Shown here in pieces: positions 46,629 through 56,157 of a stretch of DNA of 64,000 bases (positions are counted from its first letter, which is position 1; each line of letters starts with the position of its first letter). The notes beneath the pieces were generated by a model. The model made no database searches and was not told where the DNA came from. It saw only the letters and a program-made list of their open reading frames with translations. The position numbers and the translations under genes were made by a program. Source of the DNA: Schmidtea nova. Taxonomy: Eukaryota. The DNA lies in the NCBI GenBank assembly GCA_044892505.1, contig CM097883.1:93868001-93932000 (forward strand), read 5' to 3'.

Positions 46629-49607
46629 GTGTCTTACCAAATGGAAGTGTTATGTTTAGCACTCATACTAATAATAATAAAACGACTAGAGGAAGGGACG
46701 GAAATCGAAACTATGACAATAACAGAAGTTGAAGATACACAGAATACTAACATAAAATGTTGGGCGAGGAATAACGAGGAAATCGGCGTAAATGAAATAA
46801 GGAAAAGTCGAAAACCAACAACAAGTAAAGTAATTAAAGTATCCGAAGTAAGAGCAGACAAAATGTACAAACTATGCCTACTAGAAAAAGAGAGAAACAA
46901 GAAAGGTACCACAAAAATTAAAACATTCCAAACTGGAGAAGTAATAAAGTTCAGAAGGAGAACGAGGAGGAGAAATAAACAAATCAAGCAGAAAGTAAAC
47001 ATAACATTAGAAATAAAAGAGATAGAACCAAACGTGAAAGGAGTATGCTGGAGGAAGTACGAAAAGAAAACAAATAAAAGAATGACACCACAATGCCGAA
47101 CAAGCACAGGAGCAACGACGATTCAAATAAAAGGTTTAGAAAGTAAACAAACCTACGAAATATGTTTGGTAAAGAAAAATGATCAGATAACGATAAACGA
47201 CCTAGAATGCGGAATACATACAACTTCATCCGGAACAAGAACCAAAACGTTAACACGGAAAAATAAAAGGAAACAACGAAACAAAGGAAAACCGAAGTAC
47301 ACCACTACCTTTAAAAACAATAAACAACCAATAAGCCAGGAAGTTACGACAAAACCCGAGAGAAAGACATCAGCAACTCTAACATTATGGAAAATAGAGA
47401 ATAAAACATTGGAAATATGTTGGATAATAGTCCAGAAACATATAAGAAGACAATCAAGAGAGTGCAGAAAAACAAATAAAGAAATCAGGATCGAAAAACT
47501 ACAATTTAATAGCGAGTATGAAGTATGTACAATAGAAAAAATGGACGCACTAGGAAACCAACAAGAAAGATGCGAAACCTACTATACACCAGCAAACGCG
47601 ACATCAAAAGGAGTAGCAAGGAAACTCGAATTCAAGGAACTAAGCCAAACGAATGAACAAATGGACGCAGAAAAAATAATAACCGATCCTCAAGCAAAAT
47701 GGACACCTGAAGAAGTTATCAAAGAAGTCAAAAGAAAGCAAGAGGAACGGGAACAATTAAGGAGAAAACTAAAAGGACAATATGGAATAATGTTCAACCA
47801 AAGCGAATCTATACCAACAGACGAGAATAAGGAAATTAAAGAACTAATTGGCTTAGGAATTTTAACAGCGACCATACCAGTAATAATCGCGTTATCAGCT
47901 ATATGGATACGCAAGATAAATCCCAGAAAATCAACAACCAAATGGCCAAATATAGACAGTACAAGCCACGGAGTTGAAATACTAGAAGAAAAAGCAAGAG
48001 AAGAACCAAAACCGACCAGGAATAAGAAAGAAGCAAAAATCGCAAAACTAGGAATGAACAACAAAGACAAGGAAATAAAAGAGATTAAAGGAGAAGAGAA
48101 AAAATATGAAAGGCGAACCAGAAGCCTACCGCAGAGTTCAAAATGGTTGGGTCTAACAATAATATTGACATTAATCAATAGGGAAGAAGCAACAAACCTA
48201 CAAGCAGGGATAAAAATAGTAAATGTCCAGGAGGTCGAGAAAATATGCTGGAATAGAGAGGATGAACCAATTGGGAAAGATAACCCACTAAAATGCATAA
48301 TCAGAAAATCCGACCAGGATATAGTACGAATAGAAGGGATGGATAGAGGAATCATGCATCGAATATGCATAATAGGAAAGGAAAGGAAGTCGGGGCTACC
48401 TAAGACAGTCGTATGCCAAAAATACGAAACGCCTAGACTTGAATGGTATAGAGTAAAACCAACAAAGAAAGAAATCAAAAACACAATAGATCAACCAGCA
48501 ACTCAGATAAGAAACACAACGGATAAACCAGGAGAAGGGGAGAGAAGCACCAATAACACGAGAGAAAGAATATCACCCCAACAAGAGTGCGTATGCATAG
48601 CATTAATAATAGCAATGTCCAAACGTTTTGACAGAGGAATAATAATAGAACAAATGGCCATAACAATAAGAAAAACAAGCAGCAACAAACTATGCTGGGG
48701 AACATACAACGAACCAAGGAAGGAATACCAAGTTCAGACAAGCGACGAATCACGAACAAACAAGGAAATCGAAATACAAGAAATACAAATGAACGAAGAA
48801 GGAAGTATATGTATATGGGAGAAAGGAACCCAAGAGGATCAACCCGGAATAGAGCATTGCAAGACATTCCAAAAAGGAGAGACACTGAACTTCGACGAAG
48901 AAGGGTTAACCAAGACAGAAAGAACTCTGACATTAACAGGACTCGATCAGACAGTTAAAGGAATATGTTGGACAAAGTACAACCCAGAAGTGGAAGAAGA
49001 CAACCTAACCCACTGTAAAGAAATAAAGAATAAAGAAAAAGTCGAATTAAAGAAAATCGAAGTAAATAGGACATACGCGATATGTACCTTCACCAGAAAA
49101 GGTTCAGAAAAACCAGAATGCGGATTATATCAGATCTCAGAGAAACTACAACAACAGATCGAACCAGGAAACGTGGAAAACCGAACAAAAGAAAATAACG
49201 TCAAACAACTACTAAACCGCCATTGGTCTACACAAGAAGTAATGAACCAAGTCAAGAGTCAAGTGCAGAAGGAGAAGAGGCCAGAGGCTCAAACGCAAAA
49301 TGAGATAAAAGTAAATCGGAATAAAAACAAAGAAACAAACATGGGAAAAGCAGTAATAGGATTGATCAGTATGGGAATATTAATAGCGTATGGAATACTG
49401 ACTACCAGCATGATAGTATACTGGAAATACAGGAAGAGAAACAAAGCGACAGCCATACAATGGCCAGATATCAAAATTATGAAACAAGGAATAGAAATAC
49501 CAGAAGAAATACAGAAAGAATTTCAAAGAAGAACGAAAGGTAAAGAATTCTGGAAACAAATAGAAGATGAAGAAAGATACGACAGAAGGACAATAATGAA
49601 TGTATAG
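46629..49607 (+). CDS. Multi-pass membrane protein with repeated Cys-containing FN3-like modules (first ATG 46641; in frame with pol)
   Basis: Six modules with CW and I..L.....Y.IC-like motifs, signal/TM segments, and internal duplication of a cassette. Confidence 0.8.
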   Translation: MSYQMEVLCLALILIIIKRLEEGTEIETMTITEVEDTQNTNIKCWARNNEEIGVNEIRKSRKPTTSKVIKVSEVRADKMYKLCLLEKERNKKGTTKIKTFQTGEVIKFRRRTRRRNKQIKQKVNITLEIKEIEPNVKGVCWRKYEKKTNKRMTPQCRTSTGATTIQIKGLESKQTYEICLVKKNDQITINDLECGIHTTSSGTRTKTLTRKNKRKQRNKGKPKYTTTFKNNKQPISQEVTTKPERKTSATLTLWKIENKTLEICWIIVQKHIRRQSRECRKTNKEIRIEKLQFNSEYEVCTIEKMDALGNQQERCETYYTPANATSKGVARKLEFKELSQTNEQMDAEKIITDPQAKWTPEEVIKEVKRKQEEREQLRRKLKGQYGIMFNQSESIPTDENKEIKELIGLGILTATIPVIIALSAIWIRKINPRKSTTKWPNIDSTSHGVEILEEKAREEPKPTRNKKEAKIAKLGMNNKDKEIKEIKGEEKKYERRTRSLPQSSKWLGLTIILTLINREEATNLQAGIKIVNVQEVEKICWNREDEPIGKDNPLKCIIRKSDQDIVRIEGMDRGIMHRICIIGKERKSGLPKTVVCQKYETPRLEWYRVKPTKKEIKNTIDQPATQIRNTTDKPGEGERSTNNTRERISPQQECVCIALIIAMSKRFDRGIIIEQMAITIRKTSSNKLCWGTYNEPRKEYQVQTSDESRTNKEIEIQEIQMNEEGSICIWEKGTQEDQPGIEHCKTFQKGETLNFDEEGLTKTERTLTLTGLDQTVKGICWTKYNPEVEEDNLTHCKEIKNKEKVELKKIEVNRTYAICTFTRKGSEKPECGLYQISEKLQQQIEPGNVENRTKENNVKQLLNRHWSTQEVMNQVKSQVQKEKRPEAQTQNEIKVNRNKNKETNMGKAVIGLISMGILIAYGILTTSMIVYWKYRKRNKATAIQWPDIKIMKQGIEIPEEIQKEFQRRTKGKEFWKQIEDEERYDRRTIMNV

Positions 49608-49732
49608 GGGCGGATTATGACTGTAAATAATAGTGTAAATAACAAAGCATTACCGTAATAGTATGGGTATCGATATTATAAAAATTGTAAAAAGATAGAA
49701 AAGCAAAGTAAATGATGTATATAATTTAGAAA

Positions 49733-50089
49733 ATGACCGAACAGGACGAAACAACTGAAATAACTATGGCTATGAGATGGAAAGCGCAATGCGATTTATT
49801 AGTACGAACAGTCAACTCATTACAGAACCAATTAGCAGAAAAACAAATGTTACTATCAGAAAGCTATAACAATTGTTTCGAACAATTACACAGAATAGAG
49901 GAACAACAAAGAGCGATAACTGAACTCACCAGAGAAAATCAAACGATAAGCAACACCAATCAAAGACAAGCAATAGAAATAAACCATTTAACACGAGGAG
50001 AAAGAGAAGGATCCGAAGAAGGATGGATGAGTTGGGTAATAAATAGATTAAACAACGAAGCGGAACCAGATTCAACGAATGAGCCATAG
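49733..50089 (+). CDS. Small coiled-coil protein, unknown function
   Basis: ATG ORF preceded by TAGAAA; heptad pattern. Confidence 0.65.
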   Translation: MTEQDETTEITMAMRWKAQCDLLVRTVNSLQNQLAEKQMLLSESYNNCFEQLHRIEEQQRAITELTRENQTISNTNQRQAIEINHLTRGEREGSEEGWMSWVINRLNNEAEPDSTNEP

Positions 50090-50181
50090 ATAAATAAAGC
50101 GGAAAACTGTAAATATGTAAAAATAAAAACAAGAAAAACCAAAAATAAATGACAGGTCGAATGTATATATTATTGTAGAAA

Positions 50182-51558
50182 ATGGACCGAGATGAACGAG
50201 TAATCGAAATCTTGAGATTAGAAAACAGAAAATGGAGCAAGAGGCTCACATGCGGAAAATGTAATAATTTACTACGAGAACCCAGACAAACGATATGTGG
50301 ATGTAGAATATGTACAAAATGTATACAAGAATTAGTTGCAACAGGAATAACAACATGCCCAGAATGTAAGGAAGGAAGAATAGTGTTGAACGAAACCAGA
50401 ACGGACAAAGCAACCCAGAGAGAAATTATGAGCACCATAACGAAGTGCGTAAATACACCTTGTACATGGCAAGGACAAATAAGTAATCTAGGAAATCATA
50501 TGGAAAAGTGCGAGGAGAAAAGAGCCGAATGCGAGAAGTGCCAACAGACAATAATTCTAAAGAAGAGAGAACAACACAAGGACGAATGTAAAGAAGAAGA
50601 AATCGCATGCGAGTATTGTGAAACTCGAGAAACGAGGAGAAAAATCGAAGAAGAACACTTGAATATAACAGAGGAGAAAGTATGCGGACAATATGTAAGC
50701 AAATGTCCAAACAATTGTGGAATAACAGAAGAAATAAAGTTACATGAACATTGGAAAGTATGTACCGAAAGGCCAAGAGAATGCCCATATAACAAGCAGG
50801 GATGCAAGGAGAAGCGAACGCGGCAAACAATGAAACAGCATCTAGAAGAAGCAGCATTAATGCATGTGGAGATGACAAACGAAGCGGCAAAAGAAACGGA
50901 ACAGACAATCCAGAAACTGGAAAAGGAAGTAGAATCACATAAAATAATGATGAGTTTACTACTAGAAACAAGAGAGCAGTTTGAACTAACTCGCGAAAGA
51001 ATGGAAGAAAAAATAATAGCCATAGAAGAATTGGGAAAAGGAATGAAAATACAATATAATCAATTAATACGAGAAATTGACGAAAGAAGGGACTTACCAA
51101 TCGCACCTTACCTATGGAAAATAACAGATTTTAGAGACAAACTAGCAGAAGCCAGAAATATGACGAAAACAGCAGTAATAAGCCCACCATTTTATTTATG
51201 GAAAAATGGGGTTAAAATAAGATTAAAGGTATACCCAAATGGAGACGGAAGAGGACAAGGAACACACGTGTCAATATTTTTCTCGTTATGTAAAGGAGAA
51301 TACGATGACCTAATAGAATGGCCCTTAAAAGTAGGAGTCATTATAAGAATCAAAAGTATAGGAAAACCAGTGGAAAAGTTCTTTGAAACAGACAAACATA
51401 CGAGTACAAGTGAAAAACCAACAACAGAATGCGGACTAGCAGCAGGAGAACCAATGTTTATAAGGAAAGAAAACCTATGGGAGCGACTATATGCAGACAC
51501 ACTATACATAGAGATGGAGAGGCATGAGAAAACGGATAGAAAAGGATGGTTGGCGTAA
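50182..51558 (+). CDS. Intronless TRAF-family protein (RING - TRAF zinc fingers - coiled coil - MATH)
   Basis: LTCGKCNNLLREPRQTICGCRICTKC...CPEC RING; multiple CX2-3C/H zinc fingers; MATH YLWKITDF...SPPFY...KVYPNGDGRGQGTHVSIFFSLCKGEYDDLIEWP. Confidence 0.93.
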   Translation: MDRDERVIEILRLENRKWSKRLTCGKCNNLLREPRQTICGCRICTKCIQELVATGITTCPECKEGRIVLNETRTDKATQREIMSTITKCVNTPCTWQGQISNLGNHMEKCEEKRAECEKCQQTIILKKREQHKDECKEEEIACEYCETRETRRKIEEEHLNITEEKVCGQYVSKCPNNCGITEEIKLHEHWKVCTERPRECPYNKQGCKEKRTRQTMKQHLEEAALMHVEMTNEAAKETEQTIQKLEKEVESHKIMMSLLLETREQFELTRERMEEKIIAIEELGKGMKIQYNQLIREIDERRDLPIAPYLWKITDFRDKLAEARNMTKTAVISPPFYLWKNGVKIRLKVYPNGDGRGQGTHVSIFFSLCKGEYDDLIEWPLKVGVIIRIKSIGKPVEKFFETDKHTSTSEKPTTECGLAAGEPMFIRKENLWERLYADTLYIEMERHEKTDRKGWLA

Positions 51559-51671
51559 TGAAGGAAGTAACCATGTAAATAAACTGTATAGAACAATATG
51601 AATTAACAAATAATCAAAAACAATAAAAATAAAAAAATGATTAAATATTCTTTTTATCTGTAATTATAGAA

Positions 51672-52568
51672 ATGGGAAATATAGAAGTAACCTTACAAGA
51701 AGTAACCGTACATCAAGACGAAATGATCAGAAATCACATGGAGCGGATTGGGATATGGATTCATGCCTATTATCGAAAACAGGAGGAATTGGAAAGACAA
51801 ACCCAAGCACTAAGAGAAGCCGAGAAAACGAATCAAAGAAGTCGAGAAAAAATAGAAGAAGTCTACAAACTGCTAAGACAACAAAACGAATACTACAAAG
51901 AGATGATGAAAGAGCGACGAGAGGATAGGGATAGACAACAGATAAAAACAGACCATAAGATTCAGTCAATCACAGAACAAGCAAGATATTGGAAAAAAGA
52001 GGCAAAAGACTCTTACAAGGAAGCAAGGGAGATAATAGAACAAACAGCGTACAGCGATGATTGGAAACTGTTTAAAGAGATCGATGAATTAAAAGAAGAA
52101 TTAGGGAAAAAGATCAGTCAGGAAGCGTCAAATAAAGTATGGAGTAAGAAAAGACAACAATTCATTAGGGAACAAGCCAAGAAAATCAAAGAATTAACTT
52201 ATCAAGTACAAAGAATGGGAGAAGATTTAGCCAATCAAGAACAATTAAAAGGTATGCTGACCGGAATGTGGAATCACAAGGAAGAAAACATGAAAAGAGA
52301 CATAAATGGATATCAAGGAGTGATTACCCAGAAGAAAATAGAATTAAAAAGAACTAAAGAAAGACTGGAAGAAACGAGGCAGAGTTATGAAGAGAACATA
52401 ACCAATTTGACAAAAGAAAACGAAGAACTGAGGAAAAAGCTGACAGAAAAACCAATACCAGCAAAGGAAACAAGTATTACAGCAGCAGTAACGGAAATGA
52501 TGGAGAAAGAAGAGAGAGAGAAAAGATTAATGGAACTAGAAAGACAAATTGAAACCCTAACAGAGTAG
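51672..52568 (+). CDS. Long coiled-coil protein, unknown function
   Basis: 298 aa rich in E/K/Q/R with heptads; preceded by TAGAA-ATG. Confidence 0.7.
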   Translation: MGNIEVTLQEVTVHQDEMIRNHMERIGIWIHAYYRKQEELERQTQALREAEKTNQRSREKIEEVYKLLRQQNEYYKEMMKERREDRDRQQIKTDHKIQSITEQARYWKKEAKDSYKEAREIIEQTAYSDDWKLFKEIDELKEELGKKISQEASNKVWSKKRQQFIREQAKKIKELTYQVQRMGEDLANQEQLKGMLTGMWNHKEENMKRDINGYQGVITQKKIELKRTKERLEETRQSYEENITNLTKENEELRKKLTEKPIPAKETSITAAVTEMMEKEEREKRLMELERQIETLTE

Positions 52569-52812
52569 GCAAACTACCTGGAATACTTATTAGATGAAGA
52601 GATCCAGATATCCCACACATACCGAGAGGAAGTGGAAATGTGGAGGAGTACGGTAATATGGATGCCGCTCCCCATAAACCAAGTGGAACCTCAAGACGAA
52701 GGTTTTCACGAACCTAACGAAACCCTCGTGTAAATGAGCGGAAACCAATTGTAAATAGATGATGTAAAATAAAAAGCGTCAAGCTGTATTGACTCCTATG
52801 TAAAGATAGAAA

Positions 52813-53373
52813 ATGAGAAAGCTCGCAATACCAATACTCCTATGGTTAATAACCATCACCCTACAGAGAGAAGATCTACAACTTACCGAAACCCAATTAC
52901 GAGTCCTACCCGACAAAACCTACCAAAAAGTAGACAGCCTAATCGAGGAAGTAATTAAAGAAATCAACGAATTCCGACAGAAATATCCCCACAATCAAGA
53001 TCATCAAATCCAACAAATCTTAGATAACCAACAACTGAAACTAAAAGAAACCCGAAAAACCCTGAAAGAAGGTAGAGAGCCCATAAAAAGCCTAGCCCAA
53101 GCTGAAATAGAATATCAAGAGAAATGGATCATAGCAATCATCATAATCCTTTCAATCAGCGTAACTATCATTGCAATCACAATCCTGATTGCCTCCTACC
53201 GGATAAAAATCCTCAAACAGAAACAAACCATCGTCAATCAAACATCAAGGCGAGACAACCGAACCCAAAGACGTATGAGAAACCATCTAGATCGAATTCA
53301 GACCCACTACGAATTAGCTACAAGCAATGAGAGAACTCAAACCCAACCCAATGCGAGCCGGAGGATCGAATAG
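52813..53373 (+). CDS. Small type I membrane protein (signal peptide, helical ectodomain, TM, basic tail)
   Basis: N-terminal MRKLAIPILLWLITITL; TM WIIAIIIILSISVTIIAITILIA; preceded by TAGAAA-ATG. Confidence 0.7.
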   Translation: MRKLAIPILLWLITITLQREDLQLTETQLRVLPDKTYQKVDSLIEEVIKEINEFRQKYPHNQDHQIQQILDNQQLKLKETRKTLKEGREPIKSLAQAEIEYQEKWIIAIIIILSISVTIIAITILIASYRIKILKQKQTIVNQTSRRDNRTQRRMRNHLDRIQTHYELATSNERTQTQPNASRRIE

Positions 53374-53561
53374 ACTTTGTGAACATTTCTGATGAACCTT
53401 TGACTATCCTATGACAATAATCTGATAATATTCAACTATCCTATGACAAATCTTATGATGTATATAAATTCTATCACCTTAAGTGATTTTCCTTGTGTTT
53501 ATGTGTATATCTGTAAAACTTTTTATGTATGATGTTATAAGTAGATATGTATAATTAATTG

Positions 53562-53591
53562 CGGGACGCAATTTTAGGGGTCCCCGAGTGA
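53562..53591 (+). other. Non-canonical polypurine-tract region
   Basis: CGGGACGCAATTTTAGGGGTCCCCGAGTGA immediately before the 3' LTR. Confidence 0.5.
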
Positions 53592-54881
53592 TGTTGGGCC
53601 CACCAATTGGTCTAAAAAGACAAAAATATTGTACTAATTTAAACAATAAATACAAATAATAACCACAAAAACATTCAAAAAACCTAAATTAAAAATCAAA
53701 ATAAAATAATAAATAATAATTACTAAATTTCCAGCAAAGGAAGAAAATCAAATTGACACGGGAACGAGCAGTATGGGGGTCTGAAATAAGAAAATTACAA
53801 ATAAAATCAAATAAAAGTACAATTAATTGGTTAATTACTTGAAAAAATCGGGACCACCCAGCGACAAATCTGAACCGGAAATTTAAAATGGTTTATATTA
53901 AAATAAAATAACAAAATTACTTTGATGGACGGCCTGATCCTGATTGGTCAATCTGACCAACTGGATCAGTATAAATACCGATCCAAAAATCATACAGATA
54001 ACACCTAAAATCTTAGCTACCGAACTGATCTATAACAGTCAGTTACATCAACTTTGATACGACAAATATTGTGTAAAATTTCGGAAAACGCTACATCTTG
54101 GATTTAAAGAGTAAATTTTGTTGTATTGTATTTGAACTAATTTTATGATATGTTTTACATGATTCCCATTTATTTCATTTCATTTAATATAATTTATTAC
54201 TATTAATTGCTCTATTTTCTTATGCCATTATTTTATGATATGATAAATATACTTCCTCAGTAGCTCACGCTGCGAGGGAGCAAGCCGTAAATGTGGGATT
54301 TCACCGTTCCACAAGATGGTGAGCAGAGTTTTATTGGTATTTTTATTTAATTTTTAACTTTACGGTAGAGTTGTGCAGGGACAAGGACACGGGTAAAATT
54401 AGTAGACAGTGTTTAACATTAATTAATTAACATTCAATCAGACAGGAGAGAATAAACTACAGTACTAATTATCATGTCAACTAAGTCGATTTCGCATATG
54501 CACACGATTTTTTTTGAATCCACATAGCTGATCAAAATAATGTCCGGACACACCGAGACGATTTCGACATTTCAACGATAGTTTCAATTAAGATATAAAT
54601 AACAACATAATCAGATCGACACTACTGATTGAATAAGTAAAACCGTAACCTGATCGCTGTAAATAGCGCAGGTGATAATATGTAAATTTTCAATAAACGT
54701 ATCCCGATCGCTGTATATAGTGACGGTGTTAATTGAATAGCTTAGAAAATTATTTTTTTTGTTCCTCCTTTTCATATTTTTTTTTGTTTTGTTGATCAAC
54801 GAGAGGAACACATTTCATCAGGTCTTACCAAAATTTGGGGATTAGTCACAGTAAATTTTATTAGCATTATTATTCTCTCAG

Positions 54882-55382
54882 ATGAAATCAACGATACTGG
54901 ATGAATTTCTAACAACTCAACGTCATGTGGCACGGGTCGAAAATCCTCTAATCCGGACGCAACGGAAGAAATTGAAGTCGCTTCCACAGGAACTTCTCAG
55001 AACGCTAAATGCGTTAATGTATAAATGGAGACGGGAACTAGGAAAGAAATGTCCGTTTTCGATTTGGGCCGGTGGATTAGATACCATCATATATCGTGGA
55101 GGCCCCGGATGGGAAATTCAGGACAAAAGAGACCGGGAGACGACAGCTCCATTCATCATAGTGGTGACAGACCGCGAAGGAAATCCAACGACAGTGATCC
55201 ATTGGGGATATGTCTCACCGCTCAAGTTGCTTCACTTTGGGTTGATTCCGAACCACTTACCGAAAACGTGCCATGGACGCCCCAAACTAAACTGTTCGAT
55301 GGCTCACATCCGACGAGATCCAGTCAATCACGGGTTGCATATTACCCCCGTTCACGGCCTCAAGCGAAGCGTTTTCCACTAA
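54882..55382 (+). CDS. LTR-ORF1 (3' LTR copy)
   Basis: Translation identical to 29238-29738. Confidence 0.5.
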   Translation: MKSTILDEFLTTQRHVARVENPLIRTQRKKLKSLPQELLRTLNALMYKWRRELGKKCPFSIWAGGLDTIIYRGGPGWEIQDKRDRETTAPFIIVVTDREGNPTTVIHWGYVSPLKLLHFGLIPNHLPKTCHGRPKLNCSMAHIRRDPVNHGLHITPVHGLKRSVFH

Positions 55383-55548
55383 ACATTATATTCACATTTG
55401 TATGAACTAAACTATTTCCATAAATTAAATGGTATTGATCTGTGTTTTGCCTGTTCTTAGTTAAATTTATTTCTATTTATTTAATCATATAATTTTTACA
55501 CTCGACGGATAATATTAATCGTTGGTAACATAATGGCTGCATCATAAA

Positions 55549-56157
55549 ATGGGTTTGTTATTTAGTATGACGGAAACTAGCCAACAGCGAGAATTGGATA
55601 AGGCGTGGAGAATCCGCCGAGCCTTAGAAAAGGAGCTAAATCAGGAAAAAGCATTACGAGCCAAGGCAGAAGCTCAGATTCAGTATTTACGGACCAGCTG
55701 GTTCGCCCCAGCCCGTATGAAGGAGCAGATGAGTCGGACAGAAAGGGCTCAAAAGACAGCTGACGATTATCGCACCGAATGGGAAGCAACAAAAATTGAG
55801 TTGCGCCGATGTCTCCATTCGGTGACGACTTCATTTATCGAGTCCGAATTGAAAGCACAAATCCGACCTATCACCTACCAGAAATGGGTAGGAGAACAGA
55901 AAGTGGCCTGCTCGGTCAGTACGGACACCGATGGGCTCGAGGCAACAACAGTGCAGAGTCGGGTGGAAACCACCACTGTACTAAACCCCGTCGAAAAAAC
56001 GAACAAGCGAAAACGAATCGGCTCCAAGCGCCGTCGCCAAAGAAAGCTGTTTTCTCAACAGTTGCAGACACAAGTAACCCCTATGGCAGAAATGTCGGAA
56101 GCCGAGTGGTTATCCGAGATATTCCCTCCTGAAGGAATTTTCAAAGAATTTCTGTAG
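55549..56157 (+). CDS. LTR-ORF2 (3' LTR copy)
   Basis: Translation identical to 29905-30513. Confidence 0.7.
   Translation: MGLLFSMTETSQQRELDKAWRIRRALEKELNQEKALRAKAEAQIQYLRTSWFAPARMKEQMSRTERAQKTADDYRTEWEATKIELRRCLHSVTTSFIESELKAQIRPITYQKWVGEQKVACSVSTDTDGLEATTVQSRVETTTVLNPVEKTNKRKRIGSKRRRQRKLFSQQLQTQVTPMAEMSEAEWLSEIFPPEGIFKEFL

Noticed and set aside
32535-49607. Alternative genetic code (TAA/TAG = Gln) as the explanation for the in-frame stops
   Set aside because: Thousands of Gln-rich codons contain no other TAA/TAG, and several proteins end at TAA exactly where homologues end (both RING tails, Tc1, hAT).
32492-51969. Many antisense ORFs of 60-260 aa overlapping gag, pol, env and TRAF
   Set aside because: Low-complexity F/L/S/I translations expected as shadows of an A-rich coding strand; no motifs.
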